A DNA stretch of 64,000 bases, taken from the NCBI GenBank assembly GCA_030141605.1, contig JAQGDQ010000028.1, forward strand, positions 248,001-312,000, in the 5' to 3' direction. This document shows, piece after piece, positions 49,243-62,519 of this stretch. Position 1 is the stretch's first letter. Every line of letters starts with the position of its first letter. This DNA is from Tubiluchus corallicola. Lineage: Eukaryota > Animalia > Priapulida. The position numbers and the translations under genes were made by a program. The notes beneath the pieces were generated by a model that worked only from the letters and a program-made list of their open reading frames with translations, did no database searches and was not told where the DNA came from.

Positions 49243-52200
49243 ATGTAGGCAGCACTAGATGGGTATCCTTGTGTGCCAGAATGTTACAGCTTTTCTCTAA
49301 ACTTTATCAACACTCATATTTTCTGATTATATCAGGTTCTTTTGTACAGTTTTAAAATAAAGGTAATGTTGTTTGCTTGCAAAAAGCAAAATTTAAAGAG
49401 CCAATTTTTATGCACGCACGCTTTTGCATGACAATTTTTGACTCTAGTTAGCCAGCAGGAAAATGACGTTCTTTTATTAAGAAAAAAACCTACGTTTAAA
49501 TGTCTTCAACGTCTTTTTTTCTGGGACTAAAATTTTGCACATGTTGGTCTTGCCTACTGCTTTACATAATTTATTCATAGTATTACTAAGAAGCATGTGT
49601 GTATATTGTTCTGAATAAACAGGGTTTACCGACAAAGTGAAGTTCATAGAAAATGCCTACATTTTTCAACTACATTTCAAAAATTCATCTCAAAGTTCAT
49701 GCTGACATTATTGAAACCTATGTACAAATCTATTTTTTTGCATCATTTTTGCACTTTTGTTTTAGTTTTTCGTTGATTCGTTTTTGCCGATGGGGGGAGA
49801 AGAATTAACTTTTGCTCAAGTATTTAGCTGCTTGGATTCCTTCCTGGAGAAAACTATTTCAAGAAAATATGAAAAAAATAAAGTTTTCTTAAATATGATG
49901 CTTTTGTTTTGTTTCCAGCATAAATTTAAATGTGTGTGGTAATTTTTTAATGCGGACCATGTCAACGTATACTTTTTTGAAGTGGCCTGTTAGAGCTAGA
50001 GGAATTGGCACTATAGGACTATAGCATATACAAATTGAAATGCATTTTGGGAAAGTTTAGTAAAGCAGTGAGCTTATACCAGTTGTTTTGAGTCAGTTTT
50101 AATTTTAGTATGGAGTTTTGAGCAGAACCATTAAAAAGCCAAATACAAAAAGATTTATTAAAACATCTTTACAAGTCTTATGTCAACAAATGAGTGTATT
50201 GAAATCAGAATCAAAAATGGAAGTCAGCTGTGCTTTTGCTTTTTCCTGGCATCCATCATGTGTTGTGTGATGTATAAATTTGGACCTTTCATGTTATTTT
50301 TTGTGATCTTGTCTGTACACATTGCATTGAGAACATGCTGTAACATTTGTATTTAATCCTGTCTGGCTATGGTCAGTGATTTCTTTATCTTGGTGGAACA
50401 GTTCCTTGACACACGAAACTGCTACACTTACATGTTTACTCTTTAAAATGTAACTTAAAGTCACAGTTTTAAGACCATAGGTCCAAAAGAAGAACTAATT
50501 GACTAATTACAATTCATCTGAAAGAAATTCCTCCTTTAAGTTACAAAATCTGTGATAAAAAAGGCAAAAATTACTTGACGTCATGCACTAGAAGTTAATG
50601 GGTATTTTATGAGAAAATTGATAAAAAAGTACCAAAAATTATTGGGATCAAAAATTTTCAGCTAACTTTTGGTTTGCTGTCTAAGTTGGCATAGTTCACA
50701 GTACAATTTTTGCATTATGCCATTCCTATATTCAAGAAAAATATGTCTATAAAATAGTGTTGCAACAGAAAAGATATACTTTCACTTTTAAGTTTCTTAA
50801 AAAATTCTAGAACTCTTGGAATTAAAAAATATCCTGATCACTAGTTATGGTAAAATGCTGATTTTATTTAACACTAATAAACATATAATTTGGCAACTTT
50901 TCAACTACATGACTGACTGTAGCTGAATTTACACAGTGCAGTTGCATGCAAAATTATTACTGTAGAACAACATTGGATTTGTGTGATTAGCATTTTGTCT
51001 TCTGAATATTTTGACTTACAGGCGTAATTATTTGTGAATTTTTCTCTAAAATATAATTTTATACGGTCTTTACATTTATAACGTTGCTGCTTATAAAATA
51101 TGGCTTAGTAGCTCTGTTAGCATAATAGTGGTGATGTTTAAATTGTTTGCGAGTAGCTTTTTTCTCAAATCATGAATTTTTAAGTATGAAAATTTTGTGT
51201 AAAGTTGATACTATTTCGTGTGTTGTTCGACGGATTGATTAAGACAGCACTATTATGAAATATCATGAGGCAATTGTAATCTGTGATAAGTGTGCAAAGT
51301 GTTTTTGCTTCCTCGAACTTTCAGTATAAGTTTTTTAAATAGATTGTCTTTTTATGTGACTGGTTCTTTTGTGAAACAGAAAACAGCACTTGTTTTTCTT
51401 AAATTTCAGAAGATTGGTTATTTTCCAATTTCACTTCTTTTTTGAATTGCACTTATTAGCTATGCTAATGTACTGGTTTATTGACAATACTTTGTCACAC
51501 ATTTTAAGTGTTGTCAGCGCAACCCAGGCAAAATGTAAATCATAGAACAAATATGTCAAATCATAGAACAAATATTTGTAAAAACACTAATGCAGGATGC
51601 TCATGCTGTTACAGATAAGTTCATTGTTAGTTACTTGAATGTTAATAATCAATGTCTATAAATTATAGTTCTAGAGGGCTGTTGTACACGGTAGCTACTT
51701 AGTGCATTTACGCTTCCATATTTTGCTGTATTATCCTTGAAAACAAATAATTATACTAAGTAATCGTTATGTCCTCATGTTTTATTTCATCAGTAATGTT
51801 CCTTATTTTCCACTGCCTACCTGTGTGTGTATTGTTTGTTTTAATGCAGACACGTTAAAAAACCTGCCTTCATATTGCAAAGTTGTACATTAGTATATTA
51901 AAGTGGTACCAAAGTTCTCTTCCCCTCTTCCAGTTGTCTTTGCCTTGTGACCCTGTGTTTACTGTGTACTTACATTAATTGTTGCAGACTGGATGAAGAT
52001 TCACTGTTTAATTGTTTTAATGTTTAAAAAGTAACAGCTTTTCAAAGTTCATATGCACTTGGTTTGCAGCCTTTCTTTCAGTGGTGGCCAGGAAAATGCT
52101 AATCGGAACCCTCACTTAAAATGTCATACATTTTCAGCTTTTGTAACAAATGCCACTAAATGTGTAAAAACCTACTTTCTGTATGCATTGCTGCATATTA

Positions 52201-52806
52201 GCAAGTTCTGAATGTTTTGAAAGATATTTTGTCTTGTCAGTAGGAAATTAATCCTTCATTTCATGGCATGCCATTTAACAGTTATATTTGTAAACCTGCA
52301 AAATTACTCGGTAGTTATTTACTCGCCTTGTATGTATAAACGCGTTCTTTGTCGATTGATACAAACATGCATCTGTGTTACTTTTAAAATTGTTTGTTTT
52401 AAATTATAATTAATATTATTAATTATTAAGATTATTATTGCATTTGCAGAAATTTACTCGACAGCAAAAGTTATTAGCAATATTCGAGCAAATTATAAGA
52501 GTATTATACAAATATACTATAAATGGACATGTGTCCTGTCTCTGGAGGTAGTTTGCCTCCTCGACAAACAGTCAAACGTGGCAGACTATGAAGTCTGCTA
52601 CAAATACTAGTCAAATGTGAGTGTGTATTATATAGATATATATAATTATATATAAATGCTTTAGGTAGTAGGCGTATCTGTATAGTGTGTTCCTGTAGTG
52701 TTTGTGTATAAGTTTGACTTTGGTTCCTAGATATTTTCGCTTAATTTAGCTTCCTAGTATCTTAGTCTCGATATATCTATTGTTTGATTGTACACTTAAC
52801 AGGAAA

Positions 52807-52812
52807 AATAAA
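52807..52812 (+). terminator. Candidate distal poly(A) signal of nPKC
   Basis: AATAAA followed by a T/GT-rich tract. A proximal AATAAA also occurs at 49356. Confidence 0.4.
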
Positions 52813-54269
52813 TTTTTGTGACCCATACTTTATTTTTGTTGTTTGAAAGCTTATTTTTGTTCGAATTTCTAAGTTTATGAAATTTTTTAACATTGCTTTG
52901 AACGAAAATCTGATTATCCATGCATAATGTACTGCAGGTACACGTTATTTATTCCATTCTGGGGTTATCAGTGTTTCCCTTCTTCATGGAGTGCACTAGG
53001 ATGTGGTAGAACTCCATATTTACAATTTTGCTGCATGACTGCTTTAATGCCGACGTAGTAATCCGTTTCTGACCAGTCCAAAGTTCCAATCTCAAATATA
53101 AAATATTCATTCATTCTCACCCTGGGTCTGGTCTTTCTGGCTGTGTGAAAGTATAATAAGCAGTAGTTGCTCGCATTCTACATTTTGGGTAATAAAATTC
53201 TTCATTATGCTACTATGTTCTCTTCTTTTTCTTCATGATTAATTACGTCATCAAATTGAAGGCTCTAACAAATGGCTGTGTTCTCAGTTTTGTGAATATC
53301 GTGCTAGCATGGAACTTCATGAAGTGCAAATAAAACAATTTACAGTGGTGCATGATAAAAGAGGTAGCATTTCTTCATGGCGTTTCAGGACTTCACAGCA
53401 CAGCAGCACTTTAAAAAAAACTTGATGTAAAACCAATCCTTCAGCCATGAACACATTGCACTAATTAGAAAATAACTGAGAGCATAAACCTCGTGATATT
53501 GCTGAAAGATGGCACTGCAACCACGTGGCGCAGTTTTCTCTGCAAACAAATCTACTCTCTTCAGCGAGTTGAAATTGGTGGCAATATTGATTGGGTGTGT
53601 GGTTGTAAGTACAGTCTGTTAACACCACCTGAGATTGTCAGTAAGTGTTATGCGGAACAGCAAAACAAATTATTGTCTCGTATGTGACAAGCGATAACTA
53701 CATGGTTTCATGAGCATCAAATGCAGACGGCTGAAGCAGCCTCCAGCTAGCCTCTTGTAACAGATGCTTCTATAAAATTGATCTTCAGACAACAGTAATA
53801 AAACTAACTTCACTAACAGAATGACACTCGGGTAAGTTGCTAAATATAGCAATCGTGCGATAGCTCATCTGCGAAGTTGTTATTATTATGAATTATGGGT
53901 AATTGTGGCGAATTTACAACGAAAATCGCTAAACGATATGCCAGGCGGAATGCTTTTCTGCATCTTGCATAAAATTGAAAACGATGTATAAAACTTCCAA
54001 ACGTTTTGTCTGCGGACAGTCATCTTCTGTGGACTAATTTGCACTACTGACGATAAAGTTAGTAAGTGTTGTGTATAATAACTATAATTAGAAAACTGTT
54101 TATGAGATGTAAATGAGTATATACATTCAGCAGATATTTAGACAGAAAATGCGAGTAATATAATGAAGACAAAGATAAGGTGACTGAGCTGCCTTGCACA
54201 TTGAGGAAGAGCTTATTATCGTTGACTGATGACCCTTCTAAAACACCTGCCTTCTAATTTATTACAGCG

Positions 54270-57200
54270 TGGAATTGTTTATAAATTCAGCGAGGCAGCT
54301 GAAATTGCACAATCTTTACAATCTTCTTTACAATGACATCAGGAGCCAGAGTTCAACGCGTGTACAGTCCCTTCTCATATTCATTTTAAATTTATCGATA
54401 GATGGTGCATTGACAGTATCAGCTGAGAGTGAGTTCCATGGATGGGCCACACGAGAGGCAAAACAATAAGAACGGATATTGGTTCGGCTATATTTGATGA
54501 ATAATTTGGAATCATGGCTTCCTAGTTCTCTAGTACCGGGAGGCACACAATTAGTAATGTCATTTATAAAAATAAGAAAGTAGTAAAGACCACTAAGAGT
54601 ACCTTGTAGGATTCCACTAGCTACTGGTTGCCAATTTGTAGTTATACCATTCATAACAATTCATTGTCTACGATGAGTTAAGAAAAAATCAAACCATTTT
54701 AATAAATTATCACGGATTCCTGAGAACTCCATATTGAGCAGTAGCCGTTTTAGAGGCACAGAGTCAAAAGCTTTTCTAAAGTCTAAGTATAAAATATCAA
54801 TACTAGATAAGGATGGATCATCAAAAATTTAGTACATTCATTTAAGCATAAATCAGTTACAACAGGGTGATCTGGTAAAGAGCCATGCTGATTTTTGCAA
54901 ATACACTCAGAACTGACAAGAAATAGAAGTACCCCATCCCATATAATGGACTCAAGGCATTTGGCAACAACTGATGTTAAAGAAATAAGCCTTAAGTCAT
55001 CGCATAAAGGAGTTGCAGAAGGTTTTTTCGGAATAGGAATGACATTTGAGTCAAGCCAGTTCAAATGAACTTCGCAAGAATCAAGACTTTTCTTAAAAAT
55101 CAAAAACAGTGGTAAAGCAAGATGGAGGGCACAGGTTTTGAGAATAAAACCATGAACATTGTCTGGGCCTGTGGCTTTAAAAGGCTTTAACTTAATGAGT
55201 TTCAGATATACCTCATTTATCGAAAAGACAACATTAAATTATACTATTGCAATTCTAACCGTCAGGTAGGATGGGTAATTCAATGTTCTCAGGTTTTTGG
55301 GTAAAAAAAGAGGCAAAAGTATCATTTATAGTAGAAGCAATAGTGGTAGGATCGGTGACAATCTCTTGTTGTTGATTTACGATACTGCTTATACGGTTCA
55401 CAGGTTTTAAAAAGCGTTTGCTGTAACAAAAAAATTCTTTGCCATTCTGACTGATTTTACTAGCTAGTTTTGCTTCATAGAATATGATCAAGAATAGATT
55501 GACTCAAATGTTGAGAAGTTTGTGTATATTCAGCTTTCACACTATTTAAAGAAGTCACACGCCACAAATTCCAGAGGCGACCTTTATTAGCTTTTGCTTT
55601 AATAACAACAGAATCCCTTTCGCAAGGGGCACAAGCATATTTACGATCATTTGAAGAGGTTCTCTTTAGAGGTACGAAAGTATTTACAGCAATTGTATTT
55701 ATCGTAGTAGAAGTTCCAACAGCCATTTGCATCATAATCAATTAACTCATTGTACTGGCGAAATCATTTGTAATTTGGGGAAGAGGGGTTTTATTATAAT
55801 CTCTTCAAGGACGATTTACGTGATATTCGACCCAGAAGAAAACACTAGTGTCATGCTCACTAGAAGAAAAACCAGGCTTGGCGCACAATAAATTTAAACG
55901 ATCTGGACAGTTTGACAATAACAGTTTTAGATAATTTGTGTTTCTAGTAAATAAATCAACATGTTGTGTAAGAAGGTTATCGTATACAGTTTCTAAAAAC
56001 AACAGGTCTAAAGGGCTATGTGAAACAGGATCAGGCCATATTAGGTTTGGAAGATTGGAATCACCACAGACGATAGTGTCACTATCACACCATAGTTCAA
56101 TAGCACGTTTGATTTCGTTAAGATCAAAAATATCTGAAACACCAAAAGTATTAATATACATGTAGTCGAAATTACAGGAACGATAAACACACAAAATTGT
56201 TAAACTGCAACCGTTGGAGTATAACTTAACACCAATAACTTCAGCAATTACATTTAACTGCAAGCAATAGACAAATGTGACTTATGAAAAATAACAACAC
56301 CACCTCTAGCAGTGGTAGGAAAAATGTTATGCCTGTCACATCTAATAACAGAATAACCTAGAGGGCAAATTGCCTCATTTGTAATATATTCAGTTAGCAA
56401 TGTTTCACAAATATAAATAAAGTCTGGATTTTCAGTAATAACAAAACTAGAAAGATCAGCTAACTTGTTAATGAGGCCATTGCAATTAAAAACAAAACCA
56501 GTAATTACATTTGTATGAGAGGGAGCTTGAGGAATGTTAACAGGAACATTACTATATCAATTCGGATCATAGGGACCTTTACAATTGCCATTTTGGCTTC
56601 TTAAAGAGGAATCATTGGTATGCAAAGTTATAGACTGAAGAGGGGGTTTGTCTGGGGTGACCACAGTTTTGCATAAAGTATCAATGGGGGTTTGATTTAT
56701 GGGTTTCAGATTGTCTGAGATTGGTGTCAAACTACAATCGACACTGGTAGCAGTATCACTAGTTGACATGTACACATTAGTATAGTTACCATCTTTAGAT
56801 TTACTGCGCCTGGCCATCTCGTGACATTTAGCAAGGTGATTCTGTATGTCATCCACACAAGCCAAACAGGAGCTGGTTTTGCCTTCAGTGGTAATGTAAA
56901 TATGGCTTTGGTGATTTGGTGATTTGCTAATAGCAATAGTAACATCAAGCTTGGCTCTTAGAGTAAAATTAACTTTTCCATTTTTGCCAATGATTTGACC
57001 ATCATCACACTGGTTAACCTGTTCTTTAACAACCCCTGGAGCTTCGTTTAATTGAGCTGTATCAACGTTGGCAGTAGCAAGGTAACTTTGACGGCTTTGA
57101 TTGGCTGCTTTCTTGACTTTAGTAGTGATTCTTTCTCTTTCAAGTAACGTTGAGTTATTACAAATAAACACACCTTTCTTCCAGTCATTAGCAAATTTTA

Positions 57201-58300
57201 GATCTTTTTTTGGCATGAATAATCGTCTGTACACAAGCCTCATCTTCAAAGAAGAATGGGTCTAGTCACATCGGGCTTTCTAGTACCAAGATGGCGAACA
57301 AAAATGGCCTGATAAGGACAATTGATAATGTGTAGAACTTCAACACAATGCTCTTTGTCTTCATTATAAGCTTCAGATGGAACTAAATTGGCGATTCAGG
57401 AACGCGTTTAAGAAGAACATTTTTGCTGCACTTTTTGTTTTTTGACTGGTTCACTGACAACCATATCAAGCTTCTCAGACAATTTTGTTATGTCTTTTTG
57501 TAATGCAGAAATGCGCTTGTCAGTCCCGCTCAGCTTCTCGACTTTTGATGACAGACACATAACATCAGCTGCAGACACCTTTGTCTCTAGTTTAGCTTCA
57601 ATAGCACTCATTCTAGAATCAAACTCATTTTGCATTTGTAGAAGTCTGTCTTCAATGGACTTGTCTGTAACAACTGCTTTAATGGCTTTAGGATGACGGA
57701 CTTTGCAGAACCAAAGACTAGTTGAGCCTAGTAATTGATGCGCACTGTATGCTTTACTGTCCATATCTAGACATGTTGTGCAGTACCAACTTTGACATCG
57801 GTCATTATTGGACAATCACATAAGTCACAGGATACATTTTCGTCAGATATCTGATCAGTGCCATAAATGACTTCAATACCATCATCAGCATCAGACATAA
57901 CATTTGACTCAGCATTTTTGATTTGGGAGCTTCGAAGTTGATGACCATTAACTGATTTGGTTGACATCTGATTAGCAACCAGAATTGGGCTGAGTTTGGT
58001 TGATGATTTTTTATTAGTCCCAGATTTGGCAGCTGTATTTTTTGCCTCAGACTTATGCTTCTGACGAGTGCTAGGAGGTAAGCGACTTGACGAATTTTGG
58101 CTTCGATAGGAAGTTTGAGGATTGACACCCATTATACACGATTATACAGGTACTGAGATGAGATGTCTATCACCGGATTAATGAAGCCACAGACACAGTT
58201 GAACTCAAGGTCTCGACAATAAATTTTTCAATGGAAGTAAGTCTATAGTCTAAAAACTTTGTCACTTCAGTAACACATTAGTAGATAAAAATCTTTTTTC
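54270..58300 (-). mobile_element. Degraded near full-length CR1-type LINE (PHD ORF1 + APE/RT ORF2)
   Basis: ORF1 runs from ATG 58132 with CDLC...DRCQSWYCTTC...LWFC (PHD) and a coiled coil. APE motifs (CVYRS, CGDSNLP) at about 55.8-56.5 kb, RT motifs (KATGPDN, LISLTS, QHG, SGILQG) at about 54.5-55.2 kb, and a C-terminal FASRVAHPWNSL. Many frameshifts. Confidence 0.9.
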
Positions 58301-60150
58301 AAGAAGTTAATTACTCAAAATCTAAAATGATTTTTTTAGACAAAGGAAAATTCCGCGTCCATTTCCTTTCAATACGGGAAAAGCATGCATACGTTCTAGA
58401 ATAAGGCTATGTGGAAATCTAGGTAGTCTATCTATAAATGGAAAGAAATACCCACCACCTAGCATTTATGATTGTACATCTGTTCCTGAAAGTCTTGCTG
58501 ACTTCAATAATTTCTGTATTATTACTAAAGCTAGTAATGATTGTAATCTCTGAAATAAAGAAAAACCTATTAATGTACAATAATAAGCCCAGTGCAGTGT
58601 GCAAGGCAGCTCAGTTTCCTTATCTTGCTTTCATAATATTACTATTCATGATAATTCTCGTACTTTAGAATTGTCTAAATAACTGCTATATCTACTTATT
58701 TACACCGTCTATCTATTGGCTTCTATGAGACCTACTATATAAGCCCTTATTACATAGTTTGGACAGTTTAACATCATAATTACACAAGGGCAGGCCCTAT
58801 TTTACAATGTAGTAAAGCAAAGGTTTTTTTAACGACAGATAATAGTTTTGTAGAGTGTGATCTTATATATTTAGATTAATACTGTCATGTGCAATAACTT
58901 TGTAGTATGCCATACATGTACGCTATAAGGTATAGTATATGTATATTAATCACGTTATTGTAATGTACAAGAGATTTACAATTTTTGTTTTGTTGTTAAA
59001 CCATTTCCACAACGGTTTTAAAAACACAGGCAAAGTTGCTAAATATTGAATCTATTGAATGCTGGGTTCCAGCCGAATTATATAAAAAAAACTTCAGCTT
59101 GAGTTACGTAAGCATTTAGCTTTCTCGATACCATTTTCTGCATGTTTGTCACAAGTTTAATTTAAAGACCAGGTGCAAGAAAGCATTCTACACTATAACT
59201 ATAATTTTGGGTTCATCCCATCACTAACCAATAATCTTGATAGTAACACTATAATAATTAGAGATGTCTATAAATATGTCTATGAATTGGCTACATTATA
59301 AATACTAAAATCAAATGAGTGGTGCTAGTTGGCTGCAGTTGATCTGGGCTGATCAGCTGCATCTTGTATTACATATAATAATTGATCTACAGACTTCAAT
59401 CTAGATTCAATTATTTTCTTTGATTGCCGTGGGAAATCATAATCAAATCTCCACTGGAGGCAAATTGACTTTCACAATGTCGAGTGATTGATTTAATTAT
59501 TGGTCAAATAAAAGGCTTATATTAATTATACATGGTAGTGAGTGAGCTGCCTAGCCTGCCTCGAAAACGCATGGTACTGTAGGATCGTTAGAGACAGATG
59601 TAGTCAGGACTATTAATCCATTGGATTAATTGTTTTTCCAACAGCTCATTACAGTTACATGTTGTATAGATATATTGCATTTCTGTCAGCTTTTCTTCCT
59701 AACTGTTGACTAAAATTAAGATAAGTTTTCGTTTATACTTGCTCATACTTTGCCAGAAATGGACAGAATGTCTAATAGGCTATATTTGCATTTTTCCATT
59801 GAAACGGGCCTTCAAAGTAGAAAGCACATATGTATAAAAACATAAAAAACTTGTTCTAAATTTTATGGTTTAGAATTCATACTTAATGAAAAACATACAT
59901 TTATTGTGAAAAATTAAGAGACATAAGACTTGAGTTGTAATCAATTTTCTTATTTTTGTTTTAGCCAAGCTTACTGACTGAGCACTCGTCTTGTTGAAAA
60001 AATTGGAATGTAGCTCCGACAATTCACGTGTCAACCATCGTGTCCAAGGTTTGAGTTATTGTTGAGAGTCATAAGTGAATATTCTTCAACTGTCAGCGAA
60101 GAGTTACTGAAAACTGATGTTAATAGTAAAGTATAGGAGGAGATCAGGGT

Positions 60151-60551
60151 TTAATGTTGGGCGATCTTGAAATTTTCTAATTCGATTATAATCTTGTTCA
60201 AGATTGTAATTCGATATCACGATTATTTTTCAAACGTTGCAGCATTTATATATAGCCTATAAACTTTTTCATGGCTTTTGCCACTGTCTGCCATTTTCGT
60301 ACTCACAAACTATTTTTAATAGACATGCACATTCATTAACTATGTACATGAAAACATTTGAAGCCCCCAGTTTGGAAAACTGTAGTTTGCAATTGTGTGC
60401 ATTGTGTAAGGTGAGAAAAATAAAGAAAAATGCAAGATTCTGTTGATTTGTGCTAAAACACTGCCTTTTAGTCAGTGTATAACACGTATATTTTGCTCCT
60501 GATTAATCTCTGTTAATTTGCTTAATCTATTAATCGATCTTCACTAACATT
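60151..60551. mobile_element. MITE copy 2, inverted relative to 44913-45351
   Basis: ATGCAAGATTCTGTT...AACACTGCCTTTTAGTCAGTGT is close to the reverse complement of 45031-45080, and ATTCGATTATAATCTT is also shared. Confidence 0.8.
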
Positions 60552-60959
60552 GGTGCACTGTCCTACCATTCACATAACTGGGGTTTTGTAGGAGTCATAA
60601 TCAAGTTGCATGATGATACTAGTGATGTGTTTGATAAAGGTGAAGACAGAAAACAACCTGTTGTTGGACAGCAAGAGAAATGGAACAATTGCTATATGCA
60701 GCTGCATCCTGGAAAAATTGTGCACTTCCTCAAAGTCTAGTAACTTTTGGAGTAATAGTGCTGCAATATCACTGTACGAGTGTGGTTGTGTGGTTTGTGT
60801 TAAAGCTCGGACATTCTAGTAGACATTCCTGGACATTTATTGCAGACTTTTATTACGTACTATAATCATTATTTAGAATCAGGTCACACTTTTTGTTAAC
60901 ATTTTCCCACATAACAGATAACTTAAATTTAATTGTCCTGACCTGTGCAAAATTTTGTG

Positions 60960-61560
60960 ATCATCCTAGTATATTATATAAGCTTACTATCTATGGAAAT
61001 CTAAGTCTTTCAAATGAGACTTTTTCAAGTTTTGCTAGCTAAATGAAGCATATTCAGATTAATAGTCTCCATATGCTGTTATTTCCTGTATTTTCGAACT
61101 CGTTCCATATTGAAAAGTGCAATGATTCTATACAAGTGCATGACAGGTTTTATTCAGTTATTCCAAGTTTCCATTCAAACTAGATGAAATTGAAATTTTC
61201 TAGATAGCAACTGTATTAAGATTGAAAGCACTGTGGTTGATCTGAATTTAGTAATTTTTTAGACTGTCTACAGGATGAGGTCAAATTTCATTTATTCTAC
61301 AATTTTTTCTTCTGTTTCTTCCAATCTTCTAGCAGCATCCAGGTTACAACACTCCTTTAATTGATGAGTATCTCAGAATGAATGGCAAAGCTTCAAGGCA
61401 CTCTAGCCGTTCATTTTAGGTTTAAGCATGCACTTTACAGTAAATATACCCGATTTTAACTGTTCACAGAAGCTTTTGTAATAATGTGGAGTTAATTTTG
61501 ACTTTTGATTGGAGTAAAGGCCTTGTACTGAACCAACTGCGAGATCATATGATCTGTTTC
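60960..61560 (-). mobile_element. Highly degraded CR1/L2 RT remnant
   Basis: Scattered minus-strand motif traces (GSVQG at about 61530, SIWNE at about 61105). Confidence 0.35.
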
Positions 61561-62519
61561 TGAGTTTCTTCCTAAGTTAATTGAAGTCTGGCAGCATAAA
61601 AGTGTTCAAAAATGTTTTTGGTTATGTTAGGGTTTGTCGCAATCAGAACAGTGTGACACTACTAAATGATCCTGCGGGTTTTATTACGTGTACGTAAGTT
61701 CGTACATACAACTGTTTTAGTCAATATTTAAATGTTCAAGCTCAGTTTTATGTATTTACACGAGTTCAGTGTTTGATTTGTAACATCATAAACCTGAAAG
61801 TGTCAGTGCCTGTGTGAGATGCTCAAGATCACCTTTACGCTTTGGTAAAACAGTAAAAAATATTCAAGATGGCAGCAAAAGTCTGATACACTGTGAATCC
61901 AGAATGGGCCATCATGAAACTTCAGAGGATTATACTAAAATTAATTCTACATCAATTGACAGAGCCGGGTTTTCAATCCGCCATTTTTAATTCAAGGCTG
62001 TGGCATGTGCTGTCGTTTTTGAAAATAATCTTAAGGCTATGCCAATTTGCAGCAAACAGTCATTAACGTCGTGTGTAAATACTAGGACGAATTCCACATC
62101 AACTGATGGAGTCAGATTTCTTATCTGCCATCTTGAATTTGGCAGCGATAACATCATTTTCCATAAATGTCACCAGATGCTCTGCCAATTTGCAACGGAT
62201 TGTCGCGAGACTTTTGTACATAATTAGCATATTAGAAGAAATTCAAGTGCGATCATTAATTCAAGATGGCAGACATTGACATCATTTTCTAGTCTACTAT
62301 CTTCAAATTAGTTGGTCCCTTGACAAATAGTTCGAATTGAGCTTGTTTTGCATTGTAATATTAAACCCCAACTTCCTCAAGGTCTTTACTTAAAAATAGT
62401 GAAGCTTTTGTTTTCTTCTTTAGATAGTTTCAAGTTTTAGTATTTGAAAATGCTTGTCATATCGTTTCTGTTTTTGAGCCACTAGTGCTCCTGCGGTCCA
62501 AACATTTGCCAATTTACAT

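Noticed and set aside
49240-49248. Stop-codon readthrough of PKC
   Set aside because: The context TGA-ATG-TAG is not the leaky TGA-CTA type and would add only two residues.
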